From a virus, in IMG/VR virus record IMGVR_UViG_3300025311_000002, positions 1 to 38,357 of that record: 38,357 nucleotides of DNA; one strand, 5' to 3'. The notes below the pieces were generated by a model. That model did not search any database, was not told the origin of the DNA, and worked only from the letters and a program-made list of their open reading frames with translations. This document shows positions 9,062 to 18,617 of the stretch, one piece after another; position 1 is the stretch's first letter; the number at the start of each line of letters is the position of its first letter. Both the position numbers and the translations under genes were made by a program.

Positions 9062-9517
9062 TTACACCGTGTACTTTTCGTACTGCACAGCGACGGTCAT
9101 GTCATCGGCTGCCACATCAATGGCCGCCTTATCCAGAACTTGCAGCGTGTAGCCAGGCTTAAGCCACAGCCCATCAGGGATGGCGACCAAGGCGGCATCG
9201 TTGGTGAATGCTGTCTCGCGGAAAATGCCCTGCATGAACATATAGGTGCGCGTGGTAGTGGCGACTTGGCCAACACCAGAAACAACCTCTGCAATGGTGT
9301 TTCCTGACGCATCCTTGACGCGAATAGTCACAAGGCGGCTGCCAACAGCGGTCGTCGCAGCCAATAGGACATAGGCGAAGTTGAGCCGCCACATTTCATT
9401 GCCGGGGACCACCCACGACTTATCGGAGTCATTGGCCGTAGCGTCGTAGATTTCGCCAACCGGCGCGACGAATGCAACTGATTCGGACCAACTGCCTGGC
9501 CGGATTTCCTGGCGCAT
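9062..9517 (-). CDS. Hypothetical beta-rich protein, 151 aa.
   Basis: Tightly packed ORF in the late operon. I recognise no family. Confidence 0.5.
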   Translation of the reverse strand: MRQEIRPGSWSESVAFVAPVGEIYDATANDSDKSWVVPGNEMWRLNFAYVLLAATTAVGSRLVTIRVKDASGNTIAEVVSGVGQVATTTRTYMFMQGIFRETAFTNDAALVAIPDGLWLKPGYTLQVLDKAAIDVAADDMTVAVQYEKYTV

Positions 9518-9531
9518 GTTAAACCCTCGTT

Positions 9532-9996
9532 TTACCCGACTCTGTACCAGACGTTGGTAGCCTTGTCGTATTTCAATCGGAAGAAGTCATCAGCTCCGAG
9601 CGAAGTAGGCTCGCCCGTAACTGTGGCGCCGCTGCCATTCACGGTCAGGGCCGTTACCTGCTGGGTGCAATTCACCAAAACTTCCTGCTTGTCCGCCGCT
9701 ACCGTGCTGGCAGGCAGCACAAGCGTGCCCGCAGCAAAGCCGGCAGTGGGCGTTAAGATCAGGTGGATATTGGCCGTTCCGCTCGTGATGGTCACGGAAA
9801 ACCCGGTAGCTGATGGGGAGGCATACTGCGTCGTAAACGCGCCGGCATCCGGGAAGGTCAGGCCACTCTGGATATACGCCAACAGAATGCTGCGGGGAAG
9901 TCGGCGCCAGTCGCCGGCCTCGGTATCCCAGATCAGAATCTGATCGCCCGCATCCAGCGAGTCGCCTACGGCCACATGGTTACCGTTACCGGACAT
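9532..9996 (-). CDS. Hypothetical virion-associated protein, 154 aa, with an N-terminal motif seen in fibre or adaptor proteins.
   Basis: SLDAGDQILIWDTEAGDWRRLPRSILLAYI resembles the D-x-ilv-x-D...k/r-l N-terminal motif of podovirus fibre proteins. The rest is beta-rich. Confidence 0.4.
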   Translation of the reverse strand: MSGNGNHVAVGDSLDAGDQILIWDTEAGDWRRLPRSILLAYIQSGLTFPDAGAFTTQYASPSATGFSVTITSGTANIHLILTPTAGFAAGTLVLPASTVAADKQEVLVNCTQQVTALTVNGSGATVTGEPTSLGADDFFRLKYDKATNVWYRVG

Positions 9997-10005
9997 GTCA
10001 TTGCC

Positions 10006-10509
10006 TCACAGAAAATCAAGCTCGCCGTCGTTGCCAATCTGCAAGGCATCCTCGGGCGCGGTGATGAATGGGTTGTCTCGCCGCCATGGCAGCGTGCCAG
10101 CACCGGCCGGCATCGTTCCTGGCAACTGCATTTCGGGCGGGACGGCAAACTGCTGGAGCATTGTATCATAGGCCGCCTTGGCCATTTGCCGGGTTTCCAG
10201 ACTGACCTGGCGGCCATAGAGCGGGGCGATAGCGAGACCAAGATTCGCGAAAATGGCATAATTCGCGTGGTCCGGTACGCCTGTCTCTGCGTCGAGATCG
10301 CTATTGCCAGGGCTTCCGGGTAGCGGGTAGCCGAGCCTGATGCCCTTGGCATTCCACGAGGCCATCATGGCGTCCAGACGCCGCAAAGCGCTCTCCAGGT
10401 CCTCCGGGCTTAGGTCAAAGACGTAGGAGGCAAGGCCGATCTCCTCAAATGCGGCCTTTACGAAGTCGCGCTTGGTGTACGACATCTCAACCCCCGAGGG
10501 CGTCGGCAA
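10006..10509 (-). CDS. Head-to-tail adaptor, P22 gp4 family, 159-167 aa. The likely start is the ATG at 10485.
   Basis: KRDFVKAAFEEIGLAS...DLESALRRLDAMMASWNAKGI...GLAIAPLYG parallels P22 gp4 (166 aa; LRKLGVAS...DLEAMMAEW...RIAP). The ATG at 10485 sits 1 nt after the upstream stop. Confidence 0.75.
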   Translation of the reverse strand: MPTPSGVEMSYTKRDFVKAAFEEIGLASYVFDLSPEDLESALRRLDAMMASWNAKGIRLGYPLPGSPGNSDLDAETGVPDHANYAIFANLGLAIAPLYGRQVSLETRQMAKAAYDTMLQQFAVPPEMQLPGTMPAGAGTLPWRRDNPFITAPEDALQIGNDGELDFL

Positions 10510-10810
10510 TCATCTTGGACAGCTTATGGTCACGAGTGCGGCCGTCGAACTGGATGCCGAGCTCACGCGCCTTCTGCTCAAGCTCTTCCCGCGTCGGCGG
10601 CTCATCGTCGCCAGGGATGGGCGGCACGTCGAGCACCTTCTTAGCGTTGGCCTTGGCGTCAGTCGTGGTCAAGTGCCAGCCAGCGGCAAGAGCGGCCTGG
10701 ATTTCGTCGTCAGGGACGATCTTGTAATCGTAGCGGTCCCCATGGATGTCATGAGGGCCAGGCCACTTGTAGAGCATCGTTGTCATTGCGGCATATCCGG
10801 TCGGTGACAC
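10487..10810 (-). CDS. Hypothetical protein with a C-terminal HeH/SAP-like motif, up to 107 aa (start uncertain).
   Basis: PTREELEQKARELGIQFDGRTRDHKLSKMI is the helix-extended-helix motif common in phage head-module proteins. The track start is a GTG; ATGs at 10786 and 10777 are alternatives. Confidence 0.5.
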   Translation of the reverse strand: MSPTGYAAMTTMLYKWPGPHDIHGDRYDYKIVPDDEIQAALAAGWHLTTTDAKANAKKVLDVPPIPGDDEPPTREELEQKARELGIQFDGRTRDHKLSKMIADALGG

Positions 10811-10862
10811 ATCCTGGTCATGGTATCAAATCCGAGAGTTAATGCCATCCCTGGCGCCCGCA

Positions 10863-11078
10863 TCACCCTTCGGTCAGTGCGCCGTAGCCCTTCGGCCCTT
10901 CCAGATCGGCCTTTACGGCGGCCTTGGCGTCTGCATCGGATACCGCGCCGCCGAAGGCGTAGGCATGCGGCAGAGCCACGCCGTCAATGGATGGGGTCAC
11001 GCGCTTGGTGGTTACCGATGCGCTGGTGATCGAGTTGGTCCGGGTCACACTGTCGATTGCATAGGTCAGAGTTGGCAT
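10863..11078 (-). CDS. Hypothetical protein, 71 aa.
   Basis: ATG preceded by an AGGAGAA Shine-Dalgarno, in the late operon. Confidence 0.5.
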   Translation of the reverse strand: MPTLTYAIDSVTRTNSITSASVTTKRVTPSIDGVALPHAYAFGGAVSDADAKAAVKADLEGPKGYGALTEG

Positions 11079-11090
11079 TGTTTTCTCCTA

Positions 11091-11684
11091 TCACTTCTTA
11101 CCGTTGCGGGCTTGCCATGCCAGAGTTGAGTCAGCCGGTGACGCGAAATCCATTGTGAACCCCGTCTTAGTCGGCACGAGGTCGTAGTTAGGCAGCGGCT
11201 TCGATGAATTGATATTGACTACCGGGTGATCGCTGAACGGCACGTCGTACACCACATCCAGCGTAGTCGCCGTGCTATCGAGCTTCACCGTGCCGGATTG
11301 CGGCATAAGGATGCGGCGCTGCACGCCTGAACTGTCGACGCCTTGCATATCCACCTGGCCGGCGGAGTCGCGGCTCATTTTCAGCATGACCTTGCCGCTG
11401 GCGTCGAGAATGTCAATCGAGCCGGTCACCGTGTCGACGATGGCGGACATGCTCACCGCACGCTTTGTGCTGGCGACGGGCGCTACCGGCTGCGGGTCAT
11501 AGGTGGCAAACCAGTTGTCCATGCTGGTCTGCACGGCGCCGGACGCGGTACCGGTGGAATAGTCCAGTTCGACGGTGTGCCCGTCATCCGAGCGCGTGCC
11601 GCGCCAGGAATCGACGTAGGACACAACGCCTTCTGGGCTGCTCATGGCGACGTTGGTAGTCAGTTGCTCAATAGTTACGGCCAT
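11091..11684 (-). CDS. Hypothetical fibre-module protein, 197 aa, possibly with a lectin-like C-terminus.
   Basis: The ATG at 11684 has an AAGGAG Shine-Dalgarno at good spacing, whereas the track's GTG at 11693 abuts the Shine-Dalgarno. The C-terminal VVYDVPFSDHPVVNINSS...TGFTMDF vaguely resembles H-type lectin modules. Confidence 0.45.
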   Translation of the reverse strand: MAVTIEQLTTNVAMSSPEGVVSYVDSWRGTRSDDGHTVELDYSTGTASGAVQTSMDNWFATYDPQPVAPVASTKRAVSMSAIVDTVTGSIDILDASGKVMLKMSRDSAGQVDMQGVDSSGVQRRILMPQSGTVKLDSTATTLDVVYDVPFSDHPVVNINSSKPLPNYDLVPTKTGFTMDFASPADSTLAWQARNGKK

Positions 11685-11696
11685 TATCGGCACTCC

Positions 11697-12833
11697 TTAA
11701 AGGGCCACGGTCGGCGGGGTCAGCCGATACGGGTTTGACGTGTGCAAGATGGATTGGGTGCCTGCGCCCCAGGCCATGTAGGCAGCGAGCCGGTCGCGTT
11801 CGTCGGTGGTGCATTGGGCGCGGAAGGCGATCATCTCGTAGATGCGGCCGACCATCGTTTCCGTCCCGCTGCTGGCGGTACGGCCGATGAAGAGCGTGCC
11901 AGTGCCCGATGACGTGCCGCTAACGGCTGCGGACGACAATGAGGCGGTTTGATTACCGCTCAAGTACAGTTCCATGTTGGCGCCCCCGCGACGACCAACC
12001 ATCGTGATCGGGTTGGTGGCTCCGTTCGCCGCAGCAGTGCCTAGGTTGCCCGAGATACGCGCCGAGGTGATTGGCAGATCAAGGTAGGTGTTGTTGTCCG
12101 ACCATTTCGGGTGGTAGTTCACCTGGCCGCCAGAAGTGGCCGGGATCTGCGCAAACAGCGAAGTCGAGCGCGCCCCATCTGCCGAGTAAAGCGCCGCAAT
12201 GGTGAAGTTTGTGCCGTTAATCAACGAATCCTGCACGGCGCTAGTGCCCATCCAGTCGCCGGAGAAGTCTGCATAGAGCGGGTTCGCGGTGTCATTGATG
12301 GTCGGCTGGTTCGCCGCCGTCGCTTGCGTCAGGTTGTAGCCGGTGCCGGCCGTGCCAAGATTGGCAATGGTCTGCACGGTCGAGCCGTTAAGCGTCAGCG
12401 AGGCGGCGTTGCGGAAATTCCACCAGAACAGCGGTGTACCACCAGTCAGGTCGGAAGGCAGCCACAGACGCGATGCTGCGGCGATGCCGTTGGCGTCACG
12501 AGCGATCGGGTTGGTGCCGTTGCTTTCCAGAGTGACGGTACTACGGCCGGCAACAGTGCAAGTGTTGGAATTGTTGCCGGCTACCAAGTTGGAGAACACC
12601 TGGCCGTTAGCAGTGCGCAGAGTCACCGTATTTGCCGAGGCATCAGATCGGGTGATCTCAATGCGGTTGTCGGCATTGCCTACGGCGGTCGGGATGTCGA
12701 TGGTGAGGCTGCCGCTGGTGGCATTGACGTGATAGGCGCTGCCCCATGCGGCCGTGAAAGCTGCCGTCTGGATGGTCGCGTTGAGTGTCGGCGTGGCCCG
12801 GTAGTCGGCGATACCGCTGGTGAATTTAGTCAT
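11697..12833 (-). CDS. Fibre-associated protein with a C-terminal LamG / concanavalin-A-like lectin domain, 378 aa.
   Basis: Strong Shine-Dalgarno (AAGGAGA). The C-terminal pattern ...NFTIAALYSADGARSTSLF...LYLSGNQ...LFIGR...GRIYEMIAFRAQCTTDERDRLAAYMAW is typical of LamG-type jelly rolls. Confidence 0.55.
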   Translation of the reverse strand: MTKFTSGIADYRATPTLNATIQTAAFTAAWGSAYHVNATSGSLTIDIPTAVGNADNRIEITRSDASANTVTLRTANGQVFSNLVAGNNSNTCTVAGRSTVTLESNGTNPIARDANGIAAASRLWLPSDLTGGTPLFWWNFRNAASLTLNGSTVQTIANLGTAGTGYNLTQATAANQPTINDTANPLYADFSGDWMGTSAVQDSLINGTNFTIAALYSADGARSTSLFAQIPATSGGQVNYHPKWSDNNTYLDLPITSARISGNLGTAAANGATNPITMVGRRGGANMELYLSGNQTASLSSAAVSGTSSGTGTLFIGRTASSGTETMVGRIYEMIAFRAQCTTDERDRLAAYMAWGAGTQSILHTSNPYRLTPPTVAL

Positions 12834-12844
12834 TGTGCGTCTCC

Positions 12845-15766
12845 TTAAACGTCAGACCAGGTGCCGGTCTGCGGCATGGCATACCAAGTTCCGGCCACGG
12901 CGCGAATGCGCAGGGTCGAGCCTACCGCACTGCTACGCAGGTTGGTTACGGTCGTCCCGGCGTTGTTGATGCTGCCGGTCACTCGCAATTCCTGCGCCGC
13001 ATGCACCAGGAAGGCATATTCAACGCTATTGGTCACTGTCGGCAGGATCAGATTGACCAGACCAGTAGCGCCGCTGTTGTGGAATAGCGCCCCGCTGTCG
13101 TGAATGCTCAGCGTTTCATTGGCGGTCTTGGCGGCCTGCGCCTGGCCGGTGTAGTGCCAGAACGTGCCGTTGTAGGTGGCTTGCGAGTTCAGTGTAGTGT
13201 CGTGGACTACCAAGCCGTTGGCCGGACTGGCAATGGCCTGCTTCTGCGCGGCGGTCATGCGCGGCGGCAAGATACCCTGCGTCGTGCTGTCCACTTGCAG
13301 CTTTGCCGACGCGCTGGGAGTAACACCGATGCCGAGTGATCCATTACTGGTCAGGCGCATTTTCTCGGTCGGCGTCAGCACATCAGCTGCGGTCGAGAAG
13401 GTCAACGCGCCGTTGGTCTGGTTACTGACGGTGCCCTGGGTGTTCTCCCAGCCGATAGAGGCCGTGTGTCCAGCGCCACCGCCGAACGAGTTGGAGAAGA
13501 ACGAGATAGCGTGCTGGTTGGTGGACGTGCCGCCAACGTTGTTGTTCCATGCGATCGCCAGCAGCGGCTTGTTGGTATTGTCCAGATTCTCGATCAGCAC
13601 CTCATACTCAGACGCTTGAGTCGAAGTGAGCGCCGTGCCTGTGCTGCCGGTCCTCGTATGCAGACGGCCAGCAAGCGGCGCGATGCCGATGCCGAGCGCG
13701 CCAGTCAGCGTATCGCCAGCGATATTCACGGCGCCGAGCGTGGTGCGCATCGCCGCAACGGTCGTATCGTCCAGCACGGTCAGCGCCGCGTCGGTGACGG
13801 CCAGGCCGGTCAGGTTGCCGGTGCTGTTGCGACCGAGCACCTGGTTCGCCGACAGTGCCACGTCCGTTGGATTGGCCGCGCCCGTGGTCGCGTTGACCTT
13901 AACCGTGTTCGCCGCCATGTCCGCCAGCTTGGCATTGGTCACGGCGTCGTCAGCAAGATTGGCGGTGGCCACTGAACCAGCAGCACTCGACAACTTGCCA
14001 GTAATCTTTTCCCACGATGTCCACACCGCATTGGCGTAAGTTCGAACAAACATTTCGCCAGCCACACTCCCCGTACCAGAGCCTAATGCCCACGCGGTTT
14101 GACTGCGCCAGTCACTAGAAGATGCGTTGCTGTGCCGCTGATGCAGTATGTAGAACCAGCCAGTAGCAGGCGCACCGGTCATGTTTTGGCCATCGTAGAA
14201 CCCCGATTGAGTCAGAGTATCCAAGTTGCCGTTGGTGAACAGTTCTGCCAGGTCCCAATTGATCGTGTTGAACACGGCATCGACAGAGCCATCGGTGAGG
14301 CTGGTTGCACTGGCCGCGCCGAGCGTTGCCCTGGCCGTAGCGGCATCGGCGTCATCCAGGACGGTCAATGCGAAGTCAGTGACGGATTTGGCGGCGATGT
14401 TGCCGGTGCTCGACCGGGCCAGGAACTGATTGGCCGCCAGCGCCAGGTCAGACGGGTCGCCGGTCGAAGCGGTCGCGTTTACCTTGACAGTATTCGCGGC
14501 CATATCCGCGAGTTCGGCATTGTCCACGCTGTTCGCCGGCAGGATGCCGCCGCTGACGTTGGCGAAAGCAAGCGCGGTCGTGCCGATCGTGATGGTGCCG
14601 TTAGTCGTCAGCATCCACAGTGTATCGAGGTTCGCCGTGCCTTCGCTGACCGGCACGATCATGCCGCCGGTCACTTCGCCAGCCGGCGTACCATCGAAAT
14701 CCGAAGCGCGGGGCGATGGGCCGGTGGCCGATACAATGTAAATCCCGTTTGCGCTCGCCGTGCTCTGGTTCTTGACCAAGATGCGGTCGCCAGTTACTAG
14801 GGTCACGCCATCGAGTACATCGCCATTGTTCAGGTCGCTATTGAGGTTGATATTCGCAGTAGTCGCTGCGCGGCAGGCGTCCTTGATGACGGCGCTATTG
14901 GCTGCCTGGATGGTCGCACGCACTGCCTGCGCATCGGCGTCGTCTAGGATGCTCAGCGCGAAATCGGTAATGGACTTGGCCCCAATATTGCCGGTACTGC
15001 CGCGTGCGGGGAATGTGTTGATCGCAAATGCCAGATCGGTCGGGTCTGCCGTAGAAGCGGTTGCGTTCGCCTTGAGTGAGTTCGCCGCCATGTCGGCCAG
15101 CTCGGTGTTATCTACGCTATTGGCCGGCATCGTAACCGTACCAGTGAACGTAGGCGAAGCAAGCGGGGCCTTGAGCGCCAGGGCGGCATCAGACTCGGCC
15201 TTGCTGTAGCTGGTGCCGGTGCTGCTGATCTGGACGAAGCCATCAGCATCGACCATCACAATGGCTTCCCGGTTATCCGGGATGCTGAAACTGTTGTCCT
15301 CGGTCGGGTTGCTGTCGAAGTCCACCAGGCCGGAGAACTCACCAGCGCCGGTGGTGACGCTGAATGTCTGCGCCGTGCCGCTATGGTTCTGGATGTAGAA
15401 CAGCTGCGCAGTGCCAGCCGCTGGGATGGGCCAGGAGGCGGTACTGAGCGCCGCCATACTGCCGCCAGTCTCGATGTGAAACACGCGGGTAGCGCCGCTG
15501 GATGCCGGGGTCAGGGCAACGCTGGCCGTGGTGATCTGCACCTTACTGAGCGCGCTGGTGCCGCCGCCTGCACCACCAAGCCCAGACGGGTTAGCGATTT
15601 GGACGGGAGCAGTCGCGGCAGGGCCGGTGCTGTAGATGTTGCCGGTCGGCTGGAGCGTGGTGGCGTCGATGATCTCGATGAAGCCGCCAGACAAGGCGGT
15701 ACCGTTGCCAGCGTCAAGCTCCGCCTGCGTCATGCGGTAAATAATGGGGTAGCCGGTCTGAGACAT
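12845..15766 (-). CDS. Large multidomain fibre protein, 973 aa, with three internal modules of about 75 aa each.
   Basis: AAGGAG Shine-Dalgarno. It carries tail-fibre motifs [16 protein letters not shown] and ATTANINL...[16 protein letters not shown]...NGIYIV. Three copies of [31 protein letters not shown]...LDDADAxxxRATL are present. The C-terminal module contains [17 protein letters not shown] and [15 protein letters not shown]. Confidence 0.75.
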   Translation of the reverse strand: MSQTGYPIIYRMTQAELDAGNGTALSGGFIEIIDATTLQPTGNIYSTGPAATAPVQIANPSGLGGAGGGTSALSKVQITTASVALTPASSGATRVFHIETGGSMAALSTASWPIPAAGTAQLFYIQNHSGTAQTFSVTTGAGEFSGLVDFDSNPTEDNSFSIPDNREAIVMVDADGFVQISSTGTSYSKAESDAALALKAPLASPTFTGTVTMPANSVDNTELADMAANSLKANATASTADPTDLAFAINTFPARGSTGNIGAKSITDFALSILDDADAQAVRATIQAANSAVIKDACRAATTANINLNSDLNNGDVLDGVTLVTGDRILVKNQSTASANGIYIVSATGPSPRASDFDGTPAGEVTGGMIVPVSEGTANLDTLWMLTTNGTITIGTTALAFANVSGGILPANSVDNAELADMAANTVKVNATASTGDPSDLALAANQFLARSSTGNIAAKSVTDFALTVLDDADAATARATLGAASATSLTDGSVDAVFNTINWDLAELFTNGNLDTLTQSGFYDGQNMTGAPATGWFYILHQRHSNASSSDWRSQTAWALGSGTGSVAGEMFVRTYANAVWTSWEKITGKLSSAAGSVATANLADDAVTNAKLADMAANTVKVNATTGAANPTDVALSANQVLGRNSTGNLTGLAVTDAALTVLDDTTVAAMRTTLGAVNIAGDTLTGALGIGIAPLAGRLHTRTGSTGTALTSTQASEYEVLIENLDNTNKPLLAIAWNNNVGGTSTNQHAISFFSNSFGGGAGHTASIGWENTQGTVSNQTNGALTFSTAADVLTPTEKMRLTSNGSLGIGVTPSASAKLQVDSTTQGILPPRMTAAQKQAIASPANGLVVHDTTLNSQATYNGTFWHYTGQAQAAKTANETLSIHDSGALFHNSGATGLVNLILPTVTNSVEYAFLVHAAQELRVTGSINNAGTTVTNLRSSAVGSTLRIRAVAGTWYAMPQTGTWSDV

Positions 15767-15777
15767 GGTTCCGCTCC

Positions 15778-17067
15778 TTAATCGAAGAAGAGATCGACAT
15801 CTTGCAGGGTGCCCGATGCACTGATCTGCCAGACGACAAGTTGATCATTTGCCGCCAACACCAGCGGGGGGCTCAGCGTAATGCCGTTGGCCGAATGCGT
15901 GCTGTTGGCCGGGATGACGAACTCAGAGGCATTCCCGCTGACCGCGCCAGCGATACCAATCCGGATGTCTGCCGTATGCGGCACGCCAATGCGATAGTCA
16001 ATCTTGGAGATCGTCTTGGCACCATTGAGCGCGAGGCCGTTGCTGTCCTCCAGGGCGATGACGCGGCGACGGAACAAGGGCGGCGTCACCGGGCCGGAAA
16101 TGATCACCGTGGCAGTTCGAGACCGGAACCAGTACAGCGACAGGCCATTGAATGTCTGCTTTGTCCAGTCAGCAGGAACAGTAAATCGGACGCGGATGAT
16201 CTGCGCACCAGAGCCGCCAGGATCAGCGATAGGAGCCGCGCCACTGACGTTGGGCAGCGTCGTCCATGTCAGGGTGTCGCTCAGGTACTCATTGGCCACT
16301 GTGCGGGCGCCGGCCGTACCGAAAACGTGGTAGTAGTCGTCAACACCAATGGGCTTCTTGGGGAACCCGTAGTAGACCGAGGCGCCAACCGTGAAGATCA
16401 CGGCCGAGGTATCGAAGCCTGGCACTTCATCGAACGTGGCATCACTCACGGCCGACGAATGCATGGCCGTCAGATCGAGGAAGTTGCCAACAGCGGCATC
16501 AATGCCCCAAATACGGGCCAGAGCCGGTGCCACAGTCGCGCCAGACACGCCAGACAGGCGCAGGACGACGTATTTCCGCGCAGTCATGCCGAACCGTGGC
16601 GCGATGGACTTGCGATCGGCGCTACCGCCGAAGGTGACATTATGCCGGCCGGTGTTCCGCAGGGCATTGGACGGATCCACCAGGCTCGGGCAGGCCGTGA
16701 GCGTGCTGCCATCGGTGGAATGCAGCACTTCCAGCGTGCCGCCAGTGTAGACACCAGCGGTCGTCACATCGAGGATCAAGCCGCCGATGTCGCTATCGGC
16801 TACCCAGAGTTCATCACCTGCTACCAAGTTGGCAAGCGGGCCGAAGGGCTCGAAGGCGTTGGACGTACCAGACATGGCCAGGGTGGAAACGTCCTCATAG
16901 ACTTCCTGGCTGCCGACCATATTTTTCCGAATCACCGTGATGGTGTAGGAAATGTCGATGTCGGTGATTGCGTTTTGGAGAAGCGAGAGCGGGTTGGTGC
17001 CAAGCAGAAACCCGTCAGAATTGGGGCCGTCTGCTCGCGAGATACGAGGCAATGGCAGCGTGATCAT
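15778..17067 (-). CDS. Hypothetical virion-module protein, 429 aa, first gene after the post-coat terminator.
   Basis: ATG with a GGAG Shine-Dalgarno at 7 nt. The protein is beta-rich. I recognise no family. Confidence 0.5.
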   Translation of the reverse strand: MITLPLPRISRADGPNSDGFLLGTNPLSLLQNAITDIDISYTITVIRKNMVGSQEVYEDVSTLAMSGTSNAFEPFGPLANLVAGDELWVADSDIGGLILDVTTAGVYTGGTLEVLHSTDGSTLTACPSLVDPSNALRNTGRHNVTFGGSADRKSIAPRFGMTARKYVVLRLSGVSGATVAPALARIWGIDAAVGNFLDLTAMHSSAVSDATFDEVPGFDTSAVIFTVGASVYYGFPKKPIGVDDYYHVFGTAGARTVANEYLSDTLTWTTLPNVSGAAPIADPGGSGAQIIRVRFTVPADWTKQTFNGLSLYWFRSRTATVIISGPVTPPLFRRRVIALEDSNGLALNGAKTISKIDYRIGVPHTADIRIGIAGAVSGNASEFVIPANSTHSANGITLSPPLVLAANDQLVVWQISASGTLQDVDLFFD

Positions 17068-17110
17068 TCATGATCTCCAGCGATGCCACGCCCCCTTGGC
17101 GAGTTGCCCC

Positions 17111-17168
17111 AAAAATTGCCTGGCAGGCGGTGGGGCGCCGCTCTTCGGAAGCGATCCTAGCCAGGCAA
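17111..17168 (-). terminator. Putative leaky intrinsic terminator / attenuator after the coat gene.
   Basis: On the minus-sense RNA, TTGCCTGGC (reverse complement of 17160-17168) pairs perfectly with GCCAGGCAA (reverse complement of 17116-17124). The stem is followed by TTTTT (reverse complement of 17111-17115). The 35-nt loop contains a GGCG/CGCC mini-stem. It sits in a 144-bp gap in an otherwise gap-free operon. Confidence 0.35.
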
Positions 17169-17211
17169 ACCCATTTAGTGGCTGGGTCAGCCATTTACAT
17201 CGGTGCTGCTA

Positions 17212-18501
17212 TCAGGTCTGGCTAAACAGCATGATGCCGGCCATTTCCTCGTTCACGAGACCAACACCGAAGCGGGTATCGACACGATACTTGAACTTCT
17301 TTGTGTTGATGTCGAAGAACTTGAACATGGCCAGCTGCACGCCAACGTCGGTGGTGCCCTGCATCATCGCTTCTCCAACCGAGGAATCGAAGCCGTTGCG
17401 ACCCGGCAGCAGTTCGATAGCGCGGCTATCCCAGAACATCGAGACATTGGACGACACGGTATTCAGGAACGTAATAGCGGCGCCGTTGGCCGGGGTCGCG
17501 GTCACGTTCTTGTATTCGCTCTCGGCCTGGGTCGGCGAACTGTCAGCCGCGATGATCGGCGGGCTGATGGTCACGACACCGCTGCCACCAGCACCAGATA
17601 CAATGGCGGTGATGGTGAAGGTCTTGAGCTGGCCAGTGTCGGCCTTGGTGATGTGATTGACGGAGTTCACACCCGCGATGGTCAGACGATCGCCCACCTT
17701 AACCGTGCCGGAAGTGACCGCGATGGTCAGATTCTGGTAACGGTTGTCCTTGTTGGCGGTCTCGCCAGTCGAGGCGGTAGTAGTGGCGGCCGGGACATGG
17801 CGCTGATTAGCACCGTTCACGGTCACTGTCACACCGGCAGCGGCGGTCAGGCGGTAGGTGTATTCGGTTTCGTAGGTCTCGAAGCCGGACACGCGGCCGA
17901 CATAGTTTTCCTCGTAGGCACGATTGACTTTGGGGTTGGCCGAAGTCTGCGGCTTGGCGAGGGCGCCTGCCATGGCGTTGTAGTGGCGAGTGTGCAGGCA
18001 GAAGTTGCGGCGCAGGCCATCAACAACGCCCTGCTCCTTCATCACGGCATCAGCTTCGGCGATGTCATCATAGCCAGTCGGCGCAGCGGTGCGCTTGACG
18101 ACCAGCGTAGCCTGCTGACCGATCACGTTGGCGATGGCGACGTTGATGTCAGACGACAACTTCTGGAAGGCAGCTTCTTGCTTGCGCTTCAACTGGAGCG
18201 GGTCGTTGAGATCGTCAGTGGTCATCGTCCACGGACTGGTCTTGTTGTAACCAATGCTGATCGGGACGGACAGCTGGGTCACGTCGGCGAAGGACGAAGA
18301 GATATCGGTGCCGGCCGCGCCATCGGTCGAGGTGGCAATATACGGCTTCGGACGCCAAATCTGAGTGCCCTGCGAGCGTTCCAGCACAACGGGATCGGCG
18401 TTGAACACGCCAACATTACGGGCGATGGTCAGGCGGTCATCGAAGCTTGCCAGCAACTCATCGAAGAATACGGTATCCTGTTTGGAAAAAGCGGTCGCCA
18501 T
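17212..18501 (-). CDS. Major capsid (coat) protein, P22 gp5 family, 429 aa.
   Basis: Position after the scaffold gene and length (P22 gp5 is 430 aa) both fit. The architecture is similar (...GDRLTIAGVNSVNHITKADTGQLKTFTI...FWDSRAIELLPGR...). An AGGAG Shine-Dalgarno precedes the start. Confidence 0.85.
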   Translation of the reverse strand: MATAFSKQDTVFFDELLASFDDRLTIARNVGVFNADPVVLERSQGTQIWRPKPYIATSTDGAAGTDISSSFADVTQLSVPISIGYNKTSPWTMTTDDLNDPLQLKRKQEAAFQKLSSDINVAIANVIGQQATLVVKRTAAPTGYDDIAEADAVMKEQGVVDGLRRNFCLHTRHYNAMAGALAKPQTSANPKVNRAYEENYVGRVSGFETYETEYTYRLTAAAGVTVTVNGANQRHVPAATTTASTGETANKDNRYQNLTIAVTSGTVKVGDRLTIAGVNSVNHITKADTGQLKTFTITAIVSGAGGSGVVTISPPIIAADSSPTQAESEYKNVTATPANGAAITFLNTVSSNVSMFWDSRAIELLPGRNGFDSSVGEAMMQGTTDVGVQLAMFKFFDINTKKFKYRVDTRFGVGLVNEEMAGIMLFSQT

Positions 18502-18617
18502 GATCGGCTCCTGTTAAATTCGGTTTTTGAACGGTTCTTTGTTCTCACCATTACGGAGGCGGTGCCGATCATAGCTCGTCACTTGAGGGAGACGGTGACC
18601 CTTATTGCGTGAATATA

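Noticed and set aside
12845-15766. Diversity-generating retroelement (template and variable repeats) in the fibre gene.
   Set aside because: No reverse transcriptase or accessory gene exists anywhere in the closed genome. The three repeats also differ at all base types rather than at adenine-specific positions.
15802-18612. Very long antisense ORFs: 15802..17073 (+, 423 aa) and 17203..18612 (+, 469 aa). Similar ones occur at 22073..23065 (+) and 35017..35970 (-).
   Set aside because: These are typical stop-poor shadow frames of high-GC coding DNA. Their translations are Arg/Gly/Ala/His-rich with no recognisable domains. The opposite strand encodes clear coat, terminase and exonuclease homologues.
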